This document shows positions 30,091 to 38,609 of a stretch of DNA of 64,000 nucleotides, one piece after another (position 1 is the first letter of the stretch; each line of letters begins with the position of its first letter). Under the pieces are notes generated by a model. That model did not search any database. It worked only from the letters and a program-made list of their open reading frames with translations, and had not been told where the DNA came from. Location: the NCBI GenBank assembly GCA_963712745.1, contig CAVQJC010000017.1:128001-192000 (forward strand), written 5' to 3'. Origin of the DNA: an uncultured Chloroflexia bacterium (GTDB lineage: Bacteria; Chloroflexota; Limnocylindria; Limnocylindrales; CSP1-4). A program made the position numbers and the translations under genes.

Positions 30091-30411
30091 CTATGCGCCG
30101 GGTGCGCGGAAGCTCGGCGACAGCTTGGCGGCGTCGTCGATCTCCTCGGGCGTGAGGAGCACCGTCGTGCGAACTCCCATGGCACCTGACGCCGAAGCCG
30201 TCATGGCACCGGCCGCCGCTGCCGCGTGGTCGGGCAGGTCCGCGATCAGGTAGAAGTCGTCACTACCGAACCCGAAGTAATACGCCTCGACGGTGCCGCC
30301 GAGCGACGTGATGATCTGTTCGGCCACCTCACGGCGGCGCGTGCCTCCCTCGGCAAGGACGCCGCGTGCACCCTCGGATGTGTAGCTGCCCGTGAACAGG
30401 AACTTCGCCAT
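30091..30411 (-). CDS. GYD-domain protein
   Basis: MAKFLFTGSYTSEG..GGTVEAYYFGFGSDD..TTVLLTPEEID. Confidence 0.85.
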   Translation of the reverse strand: MAKFLFTGSYTSEGARGVLAEGGTRRREVAEQIITSLGGTVEAYYFGFGSDDFYLIADLPDHAAAAAGAMTASASGAMGVRTTVLLTPEEIDDAAKLSPSFRAPGA

Positions 30412-30693
30412 TTCTGCCTCCTACCGCGTGGTGTCCGTGCGGACACGCAGACGTCGCGGCGAAGTCAGAGTAGGGCCCGCGTGGATGATGTCAACGACGG
30501 GCGGACGCCCGGGACCATCAGTGAACGCGATGGCATGTACATCGCAGCCCGTCCCCGTCCCTCTTGCGCCGGTGCTGACGCAGAACGGCCGACGCTCAGA
30601 CCGACACGTCCCGGTCCGCGTCGATGCCCAGGGCCAACGCCCCCTGCCGGTAGCCCAGCGCCTCGGGGGCCGGACGGCCCGGACGCGTGCATT

Positions 30694-30738
30694 GCCATGG
30701 CGGTGACGACCAGACATCACCCGCTTCACGTGGCGATT
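30694..30738 (+). repeat. array core element copy 2
   Basis: GCCATGGCGGTGACGACCAGACATCACCCGCTTCACGTGGCGATT. Confidence 0.85.
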
Positions 30739-30786
30739 TGGCGGCATCGTCTGCGAGTGCCGTAGACGCCCGCGAGAGAATCGTGT

Positions 30787-30867
30787 GCAGCGGGAGGCTG
30801 TGAAGTCCGGCTCGCGTACGTTGACCCGCCTGAGTCGCTTCGAGCCACTGGCGAACCCGACCCGCGC
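30787..30867 (+). ncRNA. c-di-GMP-II-like riboswitch (copy 1)
   Basis: GCGGGAGGC-TGTGAA..CCGCCTG..GAGCCACTGGCGAACCCGACCCGC; P1 GCGGG/CCCGC, pseudoknot CGCC/GGCG; 15 nt before ATG. Confidence 0.7.
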
Positions 30868-30881
30868 AGGAGGGGGAGGCC

Positions 30882-31739
30882 ATGCGATCCATGAGGTGGG
30901 TGCTGGCGGCGGTCGTAGCGCTGCTACTGACCGCGTCGTCCGTGCCCGGCCAGGCCGACGGCAACGAGGTCGAGTCCGGGGTCGAGCACGACCCGTTGTA
31001 CGAGGCGCTGGACGCCGAGTGCGCCAGGATCGCGAGACTCCCCTCTGGAAGGGCAGTCCAGGATGAAGGATTCCATCTGCTGGAGGGGCTGGACGCTGAG
31101 CGGAGTCACCTCGAGTGGCAGCTGGAGGGAGCCCGGAAGGCCCTTGCGGCGACGGGGCCAAGCGATGGTCAGCTTACCCCGTGGCAACGCACGGTGACCG
31201 AGGAGATCGAGGACTTCGAACAGCAGCTGGCGTTCATCCGGCTATCGCGCACGGTGATCGATGAATGCCTCGCAGGTCGCTACCAGGAGCTCGTTCGCCT
31301 TTGGGGCGCGGAGACCGAGCCGGGTACCCTTCGCGCTAGCTGGGACAAGGCCACCTGCACGGACACGCCCGGAGTCGAAGTGGCCAGGGCGGGCGCCCTG
31401 GACCTGACTCTCGGAGATGGCGGGGTTTCCGGGATCGTCCGCTGGATCTCGAAGCCAGAGCAGTCGGAGGAGGAAGCGGGCGCAGGGACCGCGGGCAGGG
31501 AGATCACCCTCGACGTCAGGGGGGCGTACGAGCATGATGGGACTATCCAGCTCATGCTGGCGAGACCCGAAGCACTGGACGAGTTCCGTTTGCGCGGGGA
31601 GGTCGAGTTCACTCCGATGGGCCTCAGGGGGAGTGGCGAGATCCGGTACGGGATCACGTTGGAAGGCTGCAACATCGGTCCGGACCCGGACGTGTGCGTG
31701 CACCAGGTCAGTTGTTCCGGACGGTGGACGAGTCAGTAG
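30882..31739 (+). CDS. secreted hypothetical protein
   Basis: GGAGG RBS, signal peptide MRWVLAAVVALLLTASS, several Cys. Confidence 0.7.
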   Translation: MRSMRWVLAAVVALLLTASSVPGQADGNEVESGVEHDPLYEALDAECARIARLPSGRAVQDEGFHLLEGLDAERSHLEWQLEGARKALAATGPSDGQLTPWQRTVTEEIEDFEQQLAFIRLSRTVIDECLAGRYQELVRLWGAETEPGTLRASWDKATCTDTPGVEVARAGALDLTLGDGGVSGIVRWISKPEQSEEEAGAGTAGREITLDVRGAYEHDGTIQLMLARPEALDEFRLRGEVEFTPMGLRGSGEIRYGITLEGCNIGPDPDVCVHQVSCSGRWTSQ

Positions 31740-31815
31740 CGGATGCTCCGCATGCCCGCGCTGCGCCTGTCGAGAGGCTGGCCGCAGCTCCGCGCCCCGG
31801 TCCCCAAGGAACATG

Positions 31816-31860
31816 GCCATGGCGGCGCCGACAAGAGATCTCCCTCTATTCATGGCGGTT
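31816..31860 (+). repeat. array core element copy 3 (degenerate)
   Basis: GCCATGGCGGCGCCGACAAGAGATCTCCCTCTATTCATGGCGGTT. Confidence 0.8.
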
Positions 31861-31901
31861 TGGCATCGCGGGTTGATGGACAGCCGCGAGAGAATCATGG
31901 G

Positions 31902-31979
31902 TAGCGGGAGGCAGCGAGACGCGGTCCACACCCTGGCCGCCTGGACCGCGCCGAGCCACTGGCGAACCCGGCCCGCCTA
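31902..31979 (+). ncRNA. c-di-GMP-II-like riboswitch (copy 2)
   Basis: GCGGGAGGCAGCGAGA-CGCGGTCC..GGCCGCCT-GGACCGCG-CCGAGCCACTGGCGAACCCGGCCCGC; perfect inner stem. Confidence 0.75.
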
Positions 31980-31995
31980 GCAGAGGGGGTAGGCG

Positions 31996-32442
31996 ATGCA
32001 GCACATGCGTGAAGAGGTACGAGTGGAGGCACCCGTCGAGCACGTCTGGAAGTTCTACTGCGACACATCGAACTGGCCTGACTTCATGCCACGGGCCAAG
32101 TGTTCGGATTTCAGCGGGCCGCTGGACAAGGTCGGGACGACGTACGTCGGGGGCATGCGGCTGATGGGCTACGAGTTCAAGACGACCTACGAGATAGTCG
32201 AGGTCGAGCCGCAGCGGCTCATCCACGAACACACCGACGACGGTCCCATGGACAACTACTGGCGGTTCGACTCCGACGGCGATGCGACCAAGGTCGTCAT
32301 CGAGTCCGACTACGAGATGCCGGGCAAGGTGCCGGGCTTCATCAAGGACCTCATGAGCAAAGCCTGGATCGAGCGGAACATGCGCCAGTCGCTGGCCGAC
32401 TTCAAGGCCCTCGCCGAGGCGAAGGTCCCGGCGCACGCCTAG
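31996..32442 (+). CDS. SRPBCC/polyketide cyclase-family protein
   Basis: VEAPVEHVWKF..NWPDFMP..LADFKALAE. Confidence 0.85.
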   Translation: MQHMREEVRVEAPVEHVWKFYCDTSNWPDFMPRAKCSDFSGPLDKVGTTYVGGMRLMGYEFKTTYEIVEVEPQRLIHEHTDDGPMDNYWRFDSDGDATKVVIESDYEMPGKVPGFIKDLMSKAWIERNMRQSLADFKALAEAKVPAHA

Positions 32443-32555
32443 CCTAGCCGCGGCTGCATGAGGCCCATCCATGAGGATGGGCCTCCCCTCGCACATGGGG
32501 GCGCGCGAGCGCCCCCGCCGGGCTCAGTCTTCGAGGCCGGAGGCTCAGCGGCGAT

Positions 32556-32600
32556 GCCATGGCTGCGACGACCAGACATCGCCCTCAATGCGTGGCGGTT
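32556..32600 (+). repeat. array core element copy 4 (degenerate)
   Basis: GCCATGGCTGCGACGACCAGACATCGCCCTCAATGCGTGGCGGTT. Confidence 0.8.
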
Positions 32601-32603
32601 CGG

Positions 32604-32750
32604 CTACTCCTCCTCGAACAGGAACACGATCGTCTCGGCGATGGTCAGCCAGTCATCGGCGGGCGGGCCGCCTGTCGTGCTGCACCAGAGCCACGTCGAT
32701 GACAGCACAGACGAAGTCGCCGTCGTACAGGTAGATCAGGGCGTCCGAAG
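32604..32750 (-). pseudogene. 3' remnant of a family-II cassette gene
   Basis: Translates WLWCSTTGGPPADDWLTIAETIVFLFEEE*; no start found. Confidence 0.65.
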
Positions 32751-32770
32751 TCGGCCCGCAGAGGGTCTGG

Positions 32771-33763
32771 TCACTCGATCGGGATCGAGAGGGGGGCGCC
32801 TTCCGCGTACAGCGTCGCCGCGAGGATCACCACCTCATCGTCGGTCGTGTTCGCCCCGAAGTGCTGAAGGTCTGGGTTCTCGACGATGCTGTCGCCGGTC
32901 TTGAGCGTGTACGTGGCCGGGCCGACGGGTTCGCTGGAGCCATCTGCGTGGATGATCGTGCCCTCACCCGAGATGATCGTGTACTCGAGCGCTCCGCGGA
33001 CGATGCGTGCGATCTGCCAGCCGGCATGCGTGTGCGGGGCCAGCTCCGCGCCGGCAGGGATGCGGTACTGCCACAGCCCCAGCTCCTCACCCGGGGCCGA
33101 GCTCGGTCGTGCGAGTCCCAGATCGGTGCGGGTGATACCGACCTCCTCGATGGCGGGTCCACCGGTCTCCACGACGGCCACGCCGGGTTCCGCATCGGAT
33201 CTCTTGCTGCTCTTGTCCTTCGTGTCCTTCTTGTCGAGCTTGATCTTCTTGCCATCAGAGAAGTAGAGCGCGTGCACCCAACTGTCGTCTGCGAGGTGCT
33301 CTGTCACAGCCGAGCCCGTGGCGCCGTAGAACTTGCCCGATCCGCCCAGGATCGGCCGAGTCGTGACGTTGCCGGTGGCGATGGTGGGGCCCTGGGCCGG
33401 GTAGAGGGCGCTGCCACCGACCACGACCTGATCCACGTCGCCATCGCCGAACGAGAAGACGAGGGTGCTGATGCGGATCTCGTCGCCTTGCGCCGGCACA
33501 TCCACCGCGGTCGTCGTCAGTGTCGCGTCGAGGCGGCCGATCACCTGGCCGTCCTCAGCGGTCGTCTCGGTCGAGGTGACCCGGAGGTCCCCCAACTGGT
33601 GACCATCAGACGCGGCATTCGTGAGCGTGACGACGACCGCGTCGTGGTAGACAGAGAGCGATTCCTTCTCACGTGCCGCGCTCACCGGGGCGGCCAGGAC
33701 GACGAGCAGCAGTAGGCTGGTCAGGAGCGCGGTGAAGTACAGAGGCTGGAAACGGCTGTGCAC
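32771..33763 (-). CDS. secreted two-domain protein (dirigent/AOC-like barrel + cupin)
   Basis: Signal peptide; GHQLGD..PILGGSGKFYGATG; Lys-rich linker; cupin PHTHAG..G....H. Confidence 0.7.
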   Translation of the reverse strand: MHSRFQPLYFTALLTSLLLLVVLAAPVSAAREKESLSVYHDAVVVTLTNAASDGHQLGDLRVTSTETTAEDGQVIGRLDATLTTTAVDVPAQGDEIRISTLVFSFGDGDVDQVVVGGSALYPAQGPTIATGNVTTRPILGGSGKFYGATGSAVTEHLADDSWVHALYFSDGKKIKLDKKDTKDKSSKRSDAEPGVAVVETGGPAIEEVGITRTDLGLARPSSAPGEELGLWQYRIPAGAELAPHTHAGWQIARIVRGALEYTIISGEGTIIHADGSSEPVGPATYTLKTGDSIVENPDLQHFGANTTDDEVVILAATLYAEGAPLSIPIE

Positions 33764-33937
33764 TGGCTGATCTCCGAAGTCGGTTGGATGACGGAGTGGC
33801 AATCATCGGGCAGCGACGGCCAGCGGGCAAGTCGCCGGGATAGGCTCGGAGTCCCCCGACCCGATGCCTCCTCGGTCTTCACCCTCCTCTCACGACCCAG
33901 CGGGTCGAGTGCCCCGCACATCGCCGGGACCCGCCCC

Positions 33938-35617
33938 CTACGCCCTGGCCAGCTTCTTGTAGCGGATGCGGTGCGGCTGGTCGGCCGCTGTCCCCAACTC
34001 CTTGCGCCGGAAGGCCTCGTAGTCGCTCACGTTCCCCTCGAAGAAGCGCACTTGGGAATCGCCCTCGAAGGCGAGGATGTGGGTCGCGATCCGGTCGAGG
34101 AACCAGCGGTCGTGGGAGATGACCACGACGCAGCCCGGGAACGACTCCAGGCCGGCCTCGAGCGCTCGCAGCGTGTCCACGTCGAGGTCGTTGGTCGGTT
34201 CGTCGAGCAGCAGCACGTTGCCACCCGTCTGCAGCAGCTTGGCGAGGTGCACCCGGTTCCGCTCGCCACCCGACAGTTGGCCGACGAGCTTCTGCTGGTC
34301 GGTGCCACGGAAGTTGAACGATGAGACATAGGCGCGGGCCGGGACCTCGCGTGCCCCGGTCTTGATGAACTCGGCACCCTGGGTGATCTCCCCGAATACC
34401 GTCTTGTCGGCGGCCAGGTCGTCGCGCTCCTGGTCGACATAGCTCAGCGCGACGGTGTCACCGATCGCGATCGACCCGGCGTCGGGTGCCTCCTGCCCGA
34501 CGAGCATCCGGAACAGCGTCGTCTTGCCGGCGCCGTTGGGTCCGATGATCCCGACGATGCCGGCCCGCGGCAGCGAGAACGTCAGGTCCTCGATGAGCAG
34601 CTTCTCGCGGTAGCCCTTGCGCAGGCCGGCGACATCGATGACCTTGTCACCGAGCCGCGGCCCCGGGGGGATGGCGATCTCGAGCTCGCGGGCGCTGGCC
34701 TTGTCGTCGTTCGCCTCGGCCAGGAGTCGCTCGTAGGCTGACAGTCGAGCCTTGCCCTTGGCCTGACGCGCCTTCGCACCCATGCGCACCCATTCGAGCT
34801 CGCGCGCGAGCGTCCGCTGCCGGGCATCGACCTGCTTCTGCTCGGTCGCCAGCCGCGCGAGCTTCTGCTCGAGCCAGCTCGAGTAGTTGCCACTGAACGG
34901 GATGCCGCGGCCCCGGTCGAGCTCAAGGATCCACTTGGCCACGTTGTCGAGGAAGTATCGATCATGGGTGATGGCGACGACGGTACCGGCGTATTCGGAC
35001 AGGAAGCGCTCCAGCCATTCGACCGACTCGGCATCGAGGTGGTTCGTCGGTTCGTCGAGCAGCAGCAGGTCCGGGTGGCGCATGAGCAGTCGTGCGAGCG
35101 CCACGCGGCGCTTCTCGCCGCCGGAGAGCGTCCTGACGTCGGCGTCGTCGGGCGGGCAACGGAGCGCGTCCATCGCGATGTCGACGTTGCGCTCGAGGTT
35201 CCACGCGTCCGCGGCTTCGATGCGGTCCTCGAGGACCGCCTGCTCGGCGCCGATCGCGTCGTAGTCGGCGTCGGGATCGGACCAGCGGGCCATGACCGCG
35301 TTGTACTGGTCGATGAGCGACTGGACCTCGCGGACGCCGTCGAGCACGTTGCCCTTGACGTCCTTCGCGGAGTCGAGCCCGGGCTCCTGCTCGAGGTATC
35401 CGACGGTGAAGCCCGGGGTCAGCCGAGCCTCGCCGTTGTAGCCGTCGTCGAGCCCGGCCATGATCTTGAGCAGGCTCGACTTGCCGGCGCCGTTGGGCCC
35501 GATGACCCCGATCTTGGCGCCGGGATAGAAGGACAGCGAGATGTCCTCCAGCACGGTCCGGTCGGGCGGATAGTGCCGGGCGAGCTTGTACGCGGTGTAG
35601 ATGAATTCGGCTGGCAT
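33938..35617 (-). CDS. ettA: energy-dependent translational throttle ABC-F protein EttA
   Basis: ISLSFYPGAKIGVIGPNGAGKS, ELEWVR..KARQAKGKARL, LSGGERNRVHLAK, PHRIRYKKL. Confidence 0.96.
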   Translation of the reverse strand: MPAEFIYTAYKLARHYPPDRTVLEDISLSFYPGAKIGVIGPNGAGKSSLLKIMAGLDDGYNGEARLTPGFTVGYLEQEPGLDSAKDVKGNVLDGVREVQSLIDQYNAVMARWSDPDADYDAIGAEQAVLEDRIEAADAWNLERNVDIAMDALRCPPDDADVRTLSGGEKRRVALARLLMRHPDLLLLDEPTNHLDAESVEWLERFLSEYAGTVVAITHDRYFLDNVAKWILELDRGRGIPFSGNYSSWLEQKLARLATEQKQVDARQRTLARELEWVRMGAKARQAKGKARLSAYERLLAEANDDKASARELEIAIPPGPRLGDKVIDVAGLRKGYREKLLIEDLTFSLPRAGIVGIIGPNGAGKTTLFRMLVGQEAPDAGSIAIGDTVALSYVDQERDDLAADKTVFGEITQGAEFIKTGAREVPARAYVSSFNFRGTDQQKLVGQLSGGERNRVHLAKLLQTGGNVLLLDEPTNDLDVDTLRALEAGLESFPGCVVVISHDRWFLDRIATHILAFEGDSQVRFFEGNVSDYEAFRRKELGTAADQPHRIRYKKLARA

Positions 35618-35699
35618 GAGGCTAGGGTAGCGACCCTCCGCGGGGCAGCGCCTCGGGCTCGGTCGACACGGACCGTGCGCGTCCTCAGCCCGCCTGGCT

Positions 35700-35739
35700 C
35701 ATCCTCCGCGCCCCGGCCATCGGGTCAAGCGCCGGACGG
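35700..35739 (-). promoter_or_regulatory. conserved minus-strand promoter module (upstream of ettA)
   Basis: TTGACC-N16-GAGGAT on the minus strand. Confidence 0.5.
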
Positions 35740-35755
35740 ACCTGGGTCCCGCCTG

Positions 35756-35800
35756 GCCATGGCGGCGACGACCAGACCAAACCCGCTATTCATTATGTTT
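35756..35800 (+). repeat. array core element copy 5 (right end diverged)
   Basis: GCCATGGCGGCGACGACCAGACCAAACCCGCTATTCATTATGTTT. Confidence 0.85.
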
Positions 35801-35840
35801 GCTGAAGCCAGCCGACCCCTGTGCTAGTCCTCGCTCGCGC

Positions 35841-36473
35841 CTACCCCTCGACGGGCAGGAACTCGAAGGTCTCGGCGATGGAGAGCCAGTCGGGGTTGGG
35901 AGCCTCCTCGCCACCACACGTGATGCCGTAGATCGTCGAGTCGTCCTGCAGCAGGAACTGCGTGCCCGCGAACGGTGTGGGTCAGTCTGGATCGACGAAG
36001 GTGTGATCGATGCGAACCGCCTCGCCCGCTGGAAGCGTCACGACGGTAACCGTCGCGCCGCCAGGGTATCGATCGTCGGCCTGGAGGCGGGCGACGTGCT
36101 CTGCCACCAGTGAGTCGAGTGGGACGATCGCAGCCATGACCTCGACCCCGCAGTAGCCTGGGACTTCCTGGGGGCCCACGTACGGCATCGCCAGGACGGG
36201 TGACTCCTCGCTGACGGCCTCGTAGAGCCAGCTGAGATCAGCGGCATAGGTCGAGTCGGTCACGTTGCTGAGCATCTCGCCTAGCGAGCCGGCATCGAGC
36301 CCAGACCGGCGGACCCAAGCCCAATCATCGGGAAACGCCAGCGCGAAGCCAGCACCGGGCACCTCCACTCGACCACCCAGGCCAACCGGTCCGGGCGACG
36401 GTTCCCGTGCCACCACCCCAGTCCCTAGTACTAGGACCAGCAGCCCTGCCAGCAGTCCGACTCGCTTGCCCAC
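35841..36473 (-). pseudogene. family-II secreted protein with in-frame TGA at 35982
   Basis: GKRVGLLAGLLVLVLG..GGRVEVPGAGFALAFPDDW..LPAGEAVR..DPD*PTPF..ITC..PDWLSIAETFEFLPVEG*, same frame on both sides of the stop. Confidence 0.75.
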
Positions 36474-36499
36474 CACGTCCCCCATCCTGCTTGTCGTCA

Positions 36500-36549
36500 C
36501 ATCCTCTGCACCCCGCTCAGCGGGTCAAGGGCCGGACGGCCCGGCGGCG
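36500..36549 (-). promoter_or_regulatory. conserved minus-strand promoter module
   Basis: CATCCTCTGCACCCCGCTCAGCGGGTCAAGGGCCGGACGGCCCGGCGGC. Confidence 0.55.
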
Positions 36550-36568
36550 TGACGGAGCTGGAGCGCGA

Positions 36569-36863
36569 TCAGTCCGGATCGAACGAAGCGGCGAGCGTCT
36601 GGAGCGCGGTTACCGCATCAGGGGCGTTGGAGGCCCGCCGATCACCGGACGGCCCCGAGGCCACGGCCTGCCACTCGCCGGATGGACGATCTCCCGAGCC
36701 ATCGGACGAGACGTAGTGCACGCCGGAACAGCACCCACCCATCAGGCAGCCGGTCCTCTGTTGCCAGCCAGGCGCTCGTCAGCCGATCGGGAACGGTCCC
36801 GTCTCGTCGGACCGTGGTCTGGCCGAACGCCGTCGCGACCGTCGCCAACTTCGCCCATACCAT
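36569..36863 (-). CDS. hypothetical protein (probable frameshift ~36725)
   Basis: MVWAKL..AWLATEDRLPDGWVL / GVHYVS..EWQAVASGPSG..ALQTLAASFDPD*; lies behind a promoter module. Confidence 0.35.
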
Positions 36864-36908
36864 CACGTCACCCCTGCCCGAGCGACCGGCACTCCCGGTC
36901 AGTACTCC

Positions 36909-36957
36909 CATAGTCCGCGCCTCGGTCAGCGGGTCAAGGGCCGGACGGCCCGGCGGC
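36909..36957 (-). promoter_or_regulatory. conserved minus-strand promoter module
   Basis: TTGACC-N16-GACTAT variant. Confidence 0.55.
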
Positions 36958-36964
36958 ATGCGTG

Positions 36965-37009
36965 GCCATGGCGGCGACGACGAGACCAAACCCGCTATAC
37001 ATGGCGATT
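36965..37009 (+). repeat. array core element copy 6
   Basis: GCCATGGCGGCGACGACGAGACCAAACCCGCTATACATGGCGATT. Confidence 0.9.
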
Positions 37010-37057
37010 CCGTGCGGCCCACTGGAGCTTCGTGGACGCCCGCGAGAGAATCGTCGT

Positions 37058-37134
37058 AGCGGGAGGCAATGACGCGCGGCCCCAGCCCTGGCCGCCTGGA
37101 CCGTGCCGAGTCACTGGCGGACCCGACCCGCGCT
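37058..37134 (+). ncRNA. c-di-GMP-II-like riboswitch (copy 3)
   Basis: GCGGGAGGCAATGA..GGCCGCCTGGACCGTGCCGAGTCACTGGCGGACCCGACCCGC. Confidence 0.75.
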
Positions 37135-37149
37135 TGTGAGGGGGATGTC

Positions 37150-38031
37150 ATGCGTACGTTGCGGCTGTCCCTGGTCGGGACGGTCATCGTGATGCTGCTC
37201 GGCGGGCTGGGCAGCACGGTGCTCGCGCACGATGAGATGCCTGGCGTCGGCGTCGAGGTCTTGGGCGACCTCGGCGCCATCCCAGGCGAGGCCATCCCCG
37301 AGGACGCCGTCCGTGTCGCGTTCGCTCGGACTAGCATCGAGCCGGGCGTGACCGGCGAGGTCGGCTCGGCCCAGCCCCATGAATGGGCCAGCCTGGAATG
37401 CGTCCAGCACGGTTCGCTCACGTTCACGGACAGCGACCGGACAGTGATCTGGCGGGTGGGCGAAACGACCGAGGACCTCCCCGCTGGGACGACCGCCAGC
37501 GTGAACACCGGGGATCTCGTGCTCTTCTATGACGGCGGGGCCGGGAGGAGTTTCGCGAACGCGGGGCCCGAGACGTACGTGACGTACTCCGTGGCGGTCG
37601 GCGACAGTGATGACCCGGCGGAGCCACCGGTCCTGCCCCCCGGCGTCTCCTGGCGGCTCCTCGTCTTCGACGTGCTGGCACCCGAGACCGTGGATCTCTG
37701 GTTCACGACACCGGTCGCGGTGGCGTTCGAGCGACTCGCGTTCTACCCCGGCGGCCAGCTCGTGCTTGGGTCTGACGAGGCCGGGTTGCTGCGCCTCCTG
37801 GCGCTCGAAGAAGGTCGCCTGGAGAGCGGCTTCGCGGCCCCATCCGAGGTCGCCGGGGCGCTGACCGACTCGGTCAGGTTCATCGCGCCCGACGCCGACA
37901 TTCTCACGTCGGGATCATTCGCGGACGACACGGTCTACGTGATCCGAAACGAGTCGGACGAGCCTGCGATTGTCCTGAGCGCCACGCTGACGCATGTTGA
38001 TGGGACCACGGAGGCCAAGCCCGCCGAGTAA
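37150..38031 (+). CDS. secreted protein, probable bicupin fold
   Basis: Signal peptide MRTLRLSLVGTVIVMLLGGL; two cupin-like halves (RTSIEPG..VQHGSLTF..N.GPE; RLAFYPG..EEGRL..RNESDEPA). Confidence 0.7.
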   Translation: MRTLRLSLVGTVIVMLLGGLGSTVLAHDEMPGVGVEVLGDLGAIPGEAIPEDAVRVAFARTSIEPGVTGEVGSAQPHEWASLECVQHGSLTFTDSDRTVIWRVGETTEDLPAGTTASVNTGDLVLFYDGGAGRSFANAGPETYVTYSVAVGDSDDPAEPPVLPPGVSWRLLVFDVLAPETVDLWFTTPVAVAFERLAFYPGGQLVLGSDEAGLLRLLALEEGRLESGFAAPSEVAGALTDSVRFIAPDADILTSGSFADDTVYVIRNESDEPAIVLSATLTHVDGTTEAKPAE

Positions 38032-38068
38032 CCCCATCGCGCCGCCTCGGCTGCCTGCCGCCCTGCCC

Positions 38069-38107
38069 CATCCTCCGCGCCCCGCTCAGCCGGTCAAGGG
38101 CCGGACT
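38069..38107 (-). promoter_or_regulatory. conserved minus-strand promoter module (orphan, faces the end of a + gene)
   Basis: CATCCTCCGCGCCCCGCTCAGCCGGTCAAGGGCCGGAC. Confidence 0.5.
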
Positions 38108-38201
38108 GACTGGTGGCATGGGTGGCGGCAGGCTACCCGGCATCACGTGGTCCCTTCGGCACTGTCGGTCCGAGTGGACACCTCGGTATCGTCGAGCCGC
38201 C

Positions 38202-38516
38202 ATGGCGGACCCGCTGGAGCCTGACACGCGGCCGGACGAGCCGCACATCACAAACCCATCGATGCGCGAGGCGGAAGAGCCGGACCTAGCGCGCGTGGCC
38301 GAGGAGTGGAGGCGAGAGACACGCCAAGCGAAGGACCAGCGGAACGCCGAAACCGAGGAGTGGCTGAAGGCGTTCGAGGCCAAGCATGAGAACCCGAGGG
38401 ACACCTTCCTCGGGCTGCTACTGCATGGTTGCTGTTGGTGGTCCCTCATGAGAATGGCGTGCGCCACCCTGCTGGTCGTGTTCGTCGCAGCTTGGGCCCG
38501 GCGTGCGAGGGGGTAG
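38202..38516 (+). CDS. small hypothetical protein with C-terminal TM
   Basis: Charged N-terminus, hydrophobic C-terminus; ends just before core copy 7. Confidence 0.45.
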   Translation: MADPLEPDTRPDEPHITNPSMREAEEPDLARVAEEWRRETRQAKDQRNAETEEWLKAFEAKHENPRDTFLGLLLHGCCWWSLMRMACATLLVVFVAAWARRARG

Positions 38517-38545
38517 CACCTCATCGCGCCGCCTCGGCTACCTGC

Positions 38546-38590
38546 GCCATGGCGGCGATGACCAGACATAACCCGCTATTCATGGCGATT
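38546..38590 (+). repeat. array core element copy 7
   Basis: GCCATGGCGGCGATGACCAGACATAACCCGCTATTCATGGCGATT. Confidence 0.92.
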
Positions 38591-38609
38591 CTGGAGTAGT
38601 GGTCAGTGG

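Noticed and set aside
33765-33930. Possible additional riboswitch upstream of the 33763 gene
   Set aside because: Only a generic hairpin; lacks the GGAGGC and GAGCCACTGGCG signatures.
35982-35984. Selenocysteine readthrough of the in-frame TGA
   Set aside because: The position does not match a conserved Cys in paralogs and no clear SECIS hairpin was seen; a nonsense mutation or error is simpler.
36642-37508. Long shadow ORFs across the modules (also 45434-46933, 44458-44868)
   Set aside because: Antisense or overlapping to better-supported genes and riboswitches; typical high-GC artefacts.
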